Source of the DNA: Eledone cirrhosa
Lineage: Eukaryota
DNA length: 64,000 nt
Assembly: GCA_964016885.1 (NCBI GenBank)
Contig: OZ024744.1
Span: 8,742,001 to 8,806,000 of the forward strand
Direction of reading: 5' to 3'
Under the pieces are notes generated by a model. The model was not told the origin of the DNA. It saw nothing but the letters and a program-made list of their open reading frames with translations, and ran no database searches. Both the position numbers and the translations under genes were made by a program. Within the stretch, counting starts at the first letter, position 1. The number at the start of each line of letters is the position of its first letter. This document shows, piece after piece, positions 52,801-64,000 of this stretch.

Positions 52801-55800
52801 CTAAAGTTTTGGTGTGTTAGTAGGCTTCTGTCATCTTACCATCCCACTCCTACCGACTAGCCTCATTGTCACGTGATTGATTCTTTAGAATCTACCATTT
52901 GACCAGTGACAGCGAGATTTTCAGTGCATGGAATCCAGTCCCCGCTAGCTGTTCCGTTTACCGAATTATTATTATTTTTATATGAGTCCCCAGTGTCCGC
53001 GCATTGCCTGGAGACTTAGCTGAGCATAGACCTCCCTGATGACGCAATGAATTCTCAACAGTTTATTAAGTAACTGTCTTTATCCCATTGCAGAATCTAA
53101 TTAGTTGGAGTGAAAATTTTAGTAAGTTAATTTTTTAAAAATTTTTTAAAATTTTCTTATTTTACGTCTTTTATATTATTGTTCTGCATCCTCCTGCATT
53201 GAACCACCTAGGTACTATGACATATCCTGTGTATTTGCTGACATTAGCGTACATCTGTGCGCATATGTTAGTAGATATACTAAATTATCTATATTTATCT
53301 CCAAATCACTTTGTCGAGCAAACCTGCCAAAACCACTACTAAATTTTTGGTGTGTTAGTAGGCTTCTGTCATCTTACCATCCCACTCCTACCGACTAGCC
53401 TCAGTGTCACGTGATTGATTCTTTAGAATCTACCATTTGACCACTGACAGCGAGATTTTCAGTGCATGGAATCCAGTCCCCGCTAGCTGTTCCATTTACC
53501 GAATAATTATTATTTTTATATGAGTCCCCAGTGTCCGCGCATTGCCTGGAGACTTAGCTGAGAATAGACCTCCCTGATGACGCAATGAATTCTCAACAGT
53601 TTATTACGTAACTGTCTTTATCCCATTGCAGAAACTAATTAGTTGGAGTGAACATTTTAGTAAGTAAGTTAATTTTAAAAAATTTTTTTAAATCTTCTTA
53701 TTTTACGTCTTTTATATTATTGTTCTGCATCCTCCTGCATTGAACCACCTAGGTACTATGACATAACCTGTGTATTTGCTGACATTAGCGTACATCTGTG
53801 CGCATATGTTAGTAGATATACTAAATTCTCTATATTTATCTCCAAATCACTTTGTCGAGTAAACCTGCCAAAACCACTACTAAATTTTTGGTGTGTTAGT
53901 AGGCTTCTGTCATCTTACCATCCCACTCCTACCGACTAGCCTCAGTGTCACGTGATTGATTTTTTAGAATCTACCATTTGACCAGTGACAGCGAGATTTT
54001 CAGTGCATGGAATCCAGTCCCCGCTATCTGTTCCACTTACCGAATTATTATTATTTTTATATGAGTCCCCAGTGTCCCCGCATTGCCTGGAGACTTAGCT
54101 GAGAATAGACCTCCCTGATGACGCAATGAATTCTCAACAGTTTATTACGTAACTGTCTTTATCCCATTGCAGAAACTAATTAGTTGGAGTGAAAATTTTA
54201 GTAAGTTAATTTTTAAAAATTTTTTTTTAATTTTCTTATACGTCTTTTATATTATTGTTCTGCCTCCTCCTGCATTGAACCACCTAGGTACTATGACATA
54301 ACCTGTGTATTTGCTGACATTAGCGTACATCTGTGCGCATATGTTAGTAGATATACTAAATTCTATATATTTATCTCCAAATCACTTTGTCGAGCAAACC
54401 TGACAAAACCACTACTAAATTTTTGGTGTGTTAGTAGGCTTCTGTCATCTTACCATCCCACTCCTACCGACTAGCCTCAGTGTCACGTGATTGATTCTTT
54501 AGAATCTACCATTTGACCAGTGACAGCGAGATTTTCAGTGCATGGAATCCAGTCCCCGCTAGCTGTTCCGTTTATCGAAATATTATTATTTTTATATGAG
54601 TCCCAAGTGTCCGCGCATTGCCTGGAGACTTAGCTGAGAATAGACCTCCCTGATGACGCAATGAATTCTCAACAGTTTATTACGTAACTGTCTTTATCCC
54701 ATTGCAGAAACTAATTAGTTGGAGTGAACATTTTAGTAAGTAAGTTAATTTAAAAAAAATTTTTTTAAATCTTCTTATTTTACGTCTTTTATATTATTGT
54801 TCTGCATCCTCCTGCATTGAACCACCTAGGTACTATGACATAACCTGTGTATTTGATGACATTAGCGTGCATCTGTGCGCATATGTTAGTAGATATACTA
54901 AATTCTCTATATTTATCTCCAAATCTCTTTGTCGAGTAAACCTGCCAAAACCACTACTAAATTTTTGGTGTTAGTAGGCTTCTGTCATCTTACCATCCCA
55001 CTCCTACCGACTAGCCTCAGTGTCACGAGATTGATTTTTTAGAATCTACCATTTGACCAGTGACAGCGAGATTTTCAGTGCATGGAATCCAGTCCCCGCT
55101 AGCTGTTCCATTTACAGAATTATTATTTTTATATGAGTCCCCAGTGTCCGCGCATTGCCTGGAGACTTAGCTGAGAATAGACCTCCCTGATGACGCAATG
55201 AATTCTCAACAGTTTATTACGTAACTGTCTTTATTCCATTGCAGAAACTAATTAGTTGTAGTGAATACTTTAGTAAGTAAGTTAATTTTTTAAGTTTTTT
55301 TTTTAATTTTCTTATTTTACGTCTTTTATATTATTGTTCTGCATCCTCCTGCATTGAACCACCTAGGTACTATGACATAACCTGTGTATTTGCTGACATT
55401 AGCGTACATCTGTGCGCATATGTTAGTAGATATACGAAATTCTCTATATTTATCTCCAAATCACTTTGTCGAGCAAACCTGCCAAAACCAGTACTAAATT
55501 TTTGGTGTGTTAGTAGGCTTCTGTCATCTTACCATCCCACTCCTACCGACTAGCCTCATTGTCACGTGATTGATTCTTTAGAATCTACCATTTGACCAGT
55601 GACAGCGAGATTTTCAGTGCATGGAATCCAGTCCCCGCTAGCTGTTCCATTTACCGAATTATTATTATTTTTATATGAGTCCCCAGTGTCCGCGCATTGC
55701 CGGGAGACTTAGCTGAGAATAGACCTCCCTGATGACGCAATGAGTTCTCAACAGTTTATTAAGTAATTGTCTTTATCCCATTGCAGAAACTAATTAGTTG

Positions 55801-58800
55801 GAGTGAAAATTTTATTAAAAAGTTAATTTTTAAAATTTTTTTTAAATTTTCTTCTTTTACGTCTTTTATATTATTGTTCTGCATCCTCCTGCATTGAACC
55901 ACCTAGGTACTATGACATAACCTGTGTATTTGCTGACATTAGCGTACATCTGTGCGCATATGTTAGTAGATATACTAAATTCTATATATTTATCTCCAAA
56001 TCACTTTGTCGAGCAAACCTGCCAAAACCACTACTACATTTTTGGTGTGTTAGTAGGCTTCTGTCATCTTACCATCCCACTCCTACCGACTAGCCTCATT
56101 GTCACGTGATTGATTCTTTAGAATCTACCATTTGACCAGTGACAGCGAGATTTTCAGTGCATGGAATCCAGTCCCCGCTAGCTGTTCCATTTACCGAATT
56201 ATTATTATTTTTATATGAGTCCCCAGTGTCCGCGCATTGCCTGGAGACTTAGCTGAGAATAGACCTCCCTGATGACGCAATGAATTCTCAACAGTTTATT
56301 AAGTAAATGTCTTTATCCCATTGCAGAAACTAATTAGTTGCAGTGAAAATTTTAGTAAGTTAATTTTTCAAAACTTTTTTTTAATTTTCTTATTTTACGT
56401 CTTTTATATTATTGTTCTGCATCCTCCTGCATTGAACCACCTAGGTAGTATGACATATCCTGTGTATTTGCTGACATTAGCGTACATCTGTGCGCATATG
56501 TTAGTAGATATACTATATTCTCTATATTTATCTCCAAATCACTTTGTCTAGCAAACCTGCCAAAACCACTACTAAATTTTTGGTGTGTTAGTAGGCTTCT
56601 GTCATCTTACCATCCCACTCCTACCGACTAGCCTCATTGTCACGTGATTGATTCTTTAGAATCTACCATTTGACCAGTGACAGCGAGATTTTCAGTGCAT
56701 GGAATCCAGGCCCCGCTAGCTGTTCCATTTACCGAATTATTATTATTTTTATATGAGTCCCCAGTGTGCGCGCATTGGCTGGAGACTTAGCTGAGAATAG
56801 ACCTCCCTGATGACGCAATGAATTCTCAACAGTTTATAACGTAACAGTCTTTATCCCATTGCAGAAACTAATTAGTTGGAGTGAAAATTTTAGTAAAAAG
56901 TTAATTTTAAAAATCTTTTTTAAAATTTCTTATTTTACGTCTTTTATATTATTGTTCTGCATCCTCCTGCATTGAACCACCTAGGTACTATGACATAACC
57001 TGTGTATTTGCTGACATTAGCGTACATCTGTGCGCATATGTTAGTAGATATACTAAATTCTCTATATTTATCTCCAAATCACTTTGTCGAGCAAACCTGC
57101 CAAAACCACTACTAAATTTTTGGTGTGTTAGTAGGCTTCTGTCATCTTACCATCCCACTCCTACCGACTAGCCTCATTGTCACGTGATTGATTCTTTAGA
57201 ATCTACCATTTGACCAGTGAGAGCGAGATTTTGAGTGCATGGAATCCAGTCCCCGCTAGCTGTTCCATTTACCGAATTATTATTATTTTTATATGAGTCC
57301 CCAGTGTCCGCGCATTGCCGGGAGACTTAGCTGAGAATAGACCTCCCTGATGACGCAATGAATTCTCAATAGTTTATTAAGTAATTGTCTTTATCCCATT
57401 GCAGAAACTAATTAGTTGGAGTGAAAATTTTATTAAAAAGTTAATTTTTAAAAATTTTTTTAAATTTTCTTCTTTTACGTCTTTTATATTATTGTTCTGC
57501 ATCCTCCTGCATTGAACCACCTAGGTACTATGACATAACCTGTGTATTTGCTGACATTAGCGTACATCTGTGCGCATATGTTAGTAGATATACTAAATTC
57601 TCTATATTTATCTCCAAATCACTTTGTCTAGCAAACCTGCCAAAACCACTACTAAAGTTTTGGTGTGTTAGTAGGCTTCTGTCATCTTACCATCCCACTC
57701 CTACCGACTAGCCTCATTGTCACGTGATTGATTCTTTAGAATCTACCATTTGACCAGTGACAGCGAGATTTTCAGTGTATGGAATCCAGTCCCCGCTAGC
57801 TGTTCCATTTACCGAATTATTATTATTTTTATATGAGTCCCCAGTGTCCGCGCATTGCCTGGAGACTTAGCTGAGAATAGACCTCCCTGATGACGCAATG
57901 AATTCTCAACAGTTTATTAAGTAACTGTCTTTATTCCATTGCAGAAACTAATTAGTTGGAGTGAAAATTTTAGTAAAAAGTTAATTTTTTAAAAATTTTT
58001 TTAAATTTTCTTATTTTACGTCTTTTATATTATTGTTCTGCATCCTCCTGCATTGAACCACCTAGGTACTATGACATAACCTGTGTATTTGCTGACATTA
58101 GCGTACATCTGTGCGCATATGTTAGTAGATATACTAAATTCTCTATATTTATATCCAAATCACTTTGTCGAGCAAACCTGCCAAAACCACTACTAAATTT
58201 TTGGTGTGTTAGTAGGCTTCTGTCATCTTACCATCCCACTCCTACCGACTAGCCTCAGTGTCACGTGATTGATTCTTTAGAATCTACCATTTGACCAGTG
58301 ACAGCGAGATTTTCAGTGCATGGAATCCAGTCCCCGCTAGCTGTTCCGTTTACCGAATTATTATTATTTTTATATGAGTCCCCAGTGTCCGCGCATTGCC
58401 TGGAGACTTAGCTGAGCATAGACCTCCCTGATGACGCAATGAATTCTCAACAGTTTATTAAGTAACTGTCTTTATCCCATTGCAGAAACTAATTAGTTGC
58501 AGTGAAAATTTTAGTAAGTTAATTTTTTTAAAATTTTTTTAAATTTTCTTATTTTACGTCTTTTATATTATTGTTCTGCATCCTCCTGCATTGAACCACC
58601 TAGGTACTATGACATATCCTGTGTATTTGCTGACATTAGCGTCCATCTGTGCGCATATGTTAGTAGATATACTAAATTCTCTATATTTATCTCCAAATCA
58701 CTTTGTCGAGCAAACCTGCCAAAACCACTACTAAATTTTTGGTGTGTTAGTAGGCTTCTGTCATCTTACCATCCCACTCCTACCGACTAGCCTGAGTGTC

Positions 58801-61800
58801 ACGTGATTGATTCTTTAGAATCTACCATTTGACCAGTGACAGCGAGATTTTCAGTGCATGGAATCCAGTCCCCGCTAGCTGTTCCATTTACCGAATTATT
58901 ATTATTTTTATATGAGTCCCCAGTGTCCGCGCATTGCTTGGAGACTTAGCTGAGAATAGACCTCCCTGATGACGCAATGAATTCTCAACAGTTTATTAAG
59001 TAACTGTCTTTATCCCATTGCAGAAACTAATTAGTTGGAGTGAAAATTTTAGTAAGTAAGTTAATTTTTTAAACTTTTTTTAAAATTTTCTTATTTTACG
59101 TCTTTTATATTATTGTTCTGCATCCTCCTGCATTGAACCACCTAGGTACTATGACATAACCTGTGTATTTGCTGACATTAGCGTACATCTGTGCACATAT
59201 GTTAGTAGATATACTAAATTCTCTATATTTATATCCAAATCACTTTGTCGAGCAAACCTGCCAAAACCACTACTAAATTTTTGCTGTGTTAGTAGGCTTC
59301 TGTCATCTTACCATCCCACTCCTACCGACTAGCCTCAGTGTCACGTGATTGATTCTTTAGAATCTACCATTTGACCAGTGACAGCGAGATTTTCAGTGCA
59401 TGGAATCCAGTCCCCGCTAGCTGTTCCATTTACCGAATTATTATTATTTTTATATGAGTCCCCAGTGTCCGCGCATTGCCTGGAGACTTAGCTGAGAATA
59501 GACCTCCCTGATGACGCAATGAATTCTCAACAGTTTATTACGTAACTGTCTTTATCCCATTGCAGAAACTAATTAGTTGGAGTGAACATTTTAGTAAGTA
59601 AGTTAATTTTTAAAAATTTTTTTAAATCTTCTTATTTTACGTCTTTTATATTATTGTTCTGCATCCTCCTGCATTGAACCACCTAGGTACTATGACATAA
59701 CCTGTGTATTTGCTGACATTAGCGTACATCTGTGCGCATATGTTAGTAGATATACTAAATTCTCTATATTTATCTCCAAATCACTTTGTCGAGCAAACCT
59801 GCCAAAACCACTACTAAATTTTTGGTGTGTTAGTAGGCTTCTGTCATCTTACCATCCCACTCCTACCGACTAGCCTCAGTGTCACGTGATTGATTTTTTA
59901 GAATCTACCATTTGACCAGTGACAGCGAGATTTTCAGTGCATGGAATCCAGTCCCCGCTAGCTGTTCCATTTACCGAATTATTATTATTTTTATATGAGT
60001 CCCCAGTGTCCGCGCATTGCCTGGAGACTTAGCTGAGAATAGACCTCCCTGATGACGCAATGAATTCTCAACAGTTTATTACGTAACTGTCTTTATCCCA
60101 TTGCAGAAACTAATTAGTTGGAGTGAAAATTTTAGTAAGTAAGTTAATTTTTAAAAAGTTTTTTTAATTTTCTTATTTTACGTCTTTTATATTATTGTTC
60201 TGCATCCTCCTGCATTGAACCACCTAGGTACTATGACATATCCTGTGTATTTGCTGACATTAGCGTACATCTGTGCGCATATGTTAGTAGATATACTATA
60301 TTCTCTATATTTATCTCCAAATCACTTTGTCTAGCAAACCTGCCAAAACCACTACTAAATTTTTGGTGTGTTAGTAGGCTTCTGTCATCTTACCATCCCA
60401 CTCCTACCGACTAGCCTCATTGTCACGTGATTGATTCTTTAGAATCTACCATTTGACCAGTGACAGCGAGATTTTCAGTGCATGGAATCCAGTCCCCGCT
60501 AGCTGTTCCATTTACCGAATTATTATTATTTTTATATGAGTCCCCAGTGTGCGCGCATTGGCTGGAGACTTAGCTGAGAATAGACCTCCCTGATGACGCA
60601 ATGAATTCTCAACAGTTTATTACGTAACAGTCTTTATCCCATTGCAGAAACTAATTAGTTGGAGTGAAAATTTTAGTAAAAAGTTAATTTTAAAAAATTT
60701 TTTTTTAAATTTCTTATTTTACGTCTTTTATATTATTGTTCTGCATCCTCCTGCATTGAACCACCTAGGTACTATGACATAACCTGTGTATTTGCTGACA
60801 TTAGCGTACATCTGTGCGCATATGTTAGTAGATATACTAAATTCTCTATATTTATCTCCAAATCACTTTGTCGAGCAAACCTGCCAAAACCACTACTAAA
60901 TTTTTGGTGTGTTAGTAGGCTTCTGTCATCTTACCATCCCACTCCTACCGACTAGCCTCATTGTCACGTGATTGATTCTTTAGAATCTACCATTTGACCA
61001 GTGACAGCGAGATTTTGAGTGCATGGAATCCAGTCCCCGCTAGCTGTTCCATTTACCGAATTATTATTATTTTTATATGAGTCCCCAGTGTCCGCGCATT
61101 GCCTGGAGACTTAGCTGAGAATAGACCTCCCTGATGACGCAATGAATTCTCAACAGTTTATTACGTAACTGTCTTTATCCCATTGCAGAAACTAATTAGT
61201 TGGAGTGAACATTTTAGTAAGTAAGTTAATTTTTAAAAAATTTTTTAAATCTTCTTATTTTACGTCTTTTATATTATTGTTCTGCATCCTCCTGCATTGA
61301 ACCACCTAGGTACTATGACATAACCTGTGTATTTGCTGACATTAGCGTACATCTGTGCGCATATGTTAGTAGATATACTAAATTCTCTATATTTATCTCC
61401 AAATCACTTTGTCGAGTAAACCTGCCAAAACCACTACTAAATTTTTGGTGTGTTAGTAGGCTTCTGTCATCTTACCATCCCACTCCTACCGACTAGCCTC
61501 AGTGTCACGTGATTGATTTTTTAGAATCTACCATTTGACCAGTGACAGCGAGATTTTCAGTGCATGGAATCCAGTCCCCGCTAGCTGTTCCATTTACCGA
61601 ATTATTATTATTTTTATATGAGTCCCCAGTGTCCGCGCATTGCCTGGAGACTTAGCTGAGAATAGACCTCCCTGATGACGCAATGAATTCTCAACAGTTT
61701 ATTACGTAACTGTCTTTATCCCATTGCAGAAACTAATTAGTTGGAGTGAAAATTTTAGTAAGTAAGTTAATTTTTAAAAAGTTTTTTTAATTTTCTTATT

Positions 61801-64000
61801 TTACGTCTTTTATATTATTGTTCTGCATCCTCCTGCATTGAACCACCAAGGTACTATGACATAACCTGTGTATTTGCTGACATCAGCGTACATCTGTGCG
61901 CATATGTTAGTAGATATACGAAATTCTCTATATTTATCTCCAAATCACTTTGTCGAGCAAACCTGCCAAAACCAGTACTAAATTTTTGGTGTGTTAGTAG
62001 GCTTCTGTCATCTTACCATCCCACTCCTACCGACTAGCCTCAGTGTCACGTGATTGATTCTTTAGAATCTACCATTTGACCAGTGACAGCGAGATGTTCA
62101 GTGCATGGAATCCAGTCCCCGCTAGCTGTTCCATTTACCGAATTATTATTATTTTTATATGAGTCCCCAGTGTCCGCGCATTGCCTGGAGACTTAGCTGA
62201 GAATAGACCTCCCTGATGACGCAATGAATTCTCAACAGTTTATTACGTAACTGTCTTTATCCCATTGCAGAAACTAATTAGTTGGAGTGAAAATTTTAGT
62301 AAGTAAGTTAATTTTTAAAAAGTTTTTTTAATTTTCTTATTTTACGTCTTTTATATTATTGTTCTGCATCCTCCTGCATTGAACCACCTAGGTACTATGA
62401 CATATCCTGTGTATTTGCTGACATTAGCGTACATCTGTGCGCATATGTTAGTAGATATACTATATTCTCTATATTTATCTCCAAATCACTTTGTCTAGCA
62501 AACCTGCCAAAACCACTACTAAATTTTTGGTGTGTTAGTAGGCTTCTGTCATCTTACCATCCCACTCCTACCGACTAGCCTCATTGTCACGTGATTGATT
62601 CTTTAGAATCTACCATTTGACCAGTGACAGCGAGATTTTCAGTGCATGGAATCCAGTCCCCGCTAGCTGTTCCATTTACCGAATTATTATTATTTTTATA
62701 TGAGTCCCCAGTGTGCGCGCATTGGCTGGAGACTTAGCTGAGAATAGACCTCCCTGATGACGCAATGAATTCTCAACAGTTTATTACGTAACAGTCTTTA
62801 TCCCATTGCAGAAACTAATTAGTTGGAGTGAAAATTTTAGTAAAAAGTTAATTTTAAAAAATTTTTTTTTAAATTTCTTATTTTACGTCTTTTATATTAT
62901 TGTTCTGCATCCTCCTGCATTGAACCACCTAGGTACTATGACATAACCTGTGTATTTGCTGACATTAGCGTACATCTGTGCGCATATGTTAGTAGATATA
63001 CTAAATTCTCTATATTTATCTCCAAATCACTTTGTCGAGCAAACCTGCCAAAACCACTACTAAATTTTTGGTGTGTTAGTAGGCTTCTGTCATCTTACCA
63101 TCCCACTCCTACCGACTAGCCTCATTGTCACGTGATTGATTCTTTAGAATCTACCATTTGACCAGTGACAGCGAGATTTTGAGTGCATGGAATCCAGTCC
63201 CCGCTAGCTGTTCCATTTACCGAATTATTATTATTTTTATATGAGTCCCCAGTGTCCGCGCATTGCCTGGAGACTTAGCTGAGAATAGACCTCCCTGATG
63301 ACGCAATGAATTCTCAACAGTTTATTACGTAACTGTCTTTATCCCATTGCAGAAACTAATTAGTTGGAGTGAACATTTTAGTAAGTAAGTTAATTTTTAA
63401 AAAATTTTTTAAATCTTCTTATTTTACGTCTTTTATATTATTGTTCTGCATCCTCCTGCATTGAACCACCTAGGTACTATGACATAACCTGTGTATTTGC
63501 TGACATTAGCGTACATCTGTGCGCATATGTTAGTAGATATACTAAATTCTCTATATTTATCTCCAAATCACTTTGTCGAGTAAACCTGCCAAAACCACTA
63601 CTAAATTTTTGGTGTGTTAGTAGGCTTCTGTCATCTTACCATCCCACTCCTACCGACTAGCCTCAGTGTCACGTGATTGATTTTTTAGAATCTACCATTT
63701 GACCAGTGACAGCGAGATTTTCAGTGCATGGAATCCAGTCCCCGCTAGCTGTTCCATTTACCGAATTATTATTATTTTTATATGAGTCCCCAGTGTCCGC
63801 GCATTGCCTGGAGACTTAGCTGAGAATAGACCTCCCTGATGACGCAATGAATTCTCAACAGTTTATTACGTAACTGTCTTTATCCCATTGCAGAAACTAA
63901 TTAGTTGGAGTGAAAATTTTAGTAAGTAAGTTAATTTTTAAAAAGTTTTTTTAATTTTCTTATTTTACGTCTTTTATATTATTGTTCTGCATCCTCCTGC
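40845..64000 (+). repeat. ~541-bp tandem satellite, ~43 highly similar monomers, each with a hammerhead motif; continues beyond the window
   Basis: gagtccccagtgtcc recurs at 41083, 41625, 42169, 42711...; length variation lies mostly in a poly-T/poly-A tract. Confidence 0.98.
41131..41209 (+). ncRNA. Type I hammerhead ribozyme (first of 43 forward copies, one per monomer)
   Basis: Stem I ctcc/ggag; CTGATGA (41135-41141); stem II gcaatg/cattgc (C-A at the closing position) enclosing an acagtt/aactgt hairpin; GAAA (41192-41195); stem III ct-aatt-ag within the palindrome aactaattagtt; GUU triplet, predicted cut after 41205. Confidence 0.8.

Noticed and set aside
40845-64000. CRISPR-like array or tandem protein-coding/snRNA/5S gene cluster
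   Set aside because: No unique spacers; ORFs are short and stop-interrupted in most monomers; I recognise no snRNA, 5S or tRNA sequence and no B-box.

Overview
Eukaryotic, repeat-dominated, AT- and microsatellite-rich DNA with no recognisable intact host gene. The tRNA-headed Nin-domain-like SINEs suggest a mollusc, probably an octopus (inference). Contents: (1) an ~8.3 kb array of a 176-bp satellite with two inverted blocks; (2) decayed non-LTR retrotransposons (R4/Dong, RTE, Tx1/L1, CRE) and Penelope-like elements (PLEs); (3) many fold-back palindromes and inverted repeats; (4) a >23 kb array of a ~541-bp repeat running off the window end. The main observation is that each ~541-bp monomer carries a type I hammerhead ribozyme (HHR) motif (43 forward copies, a few with inactivating mutations, plus 1 inverted) inside a hairpin-rich unit that looks like a Penelope pseudo-LTR. 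It is therefore a candidate retrozyme-like, ribozyme-bearing satellite. About ten further dispersed HHR motifs occur in the first 30 kb, four with a compensatory U3-A8 core. All RNA structures were paired by eye; no folding, alignment or database search was run.
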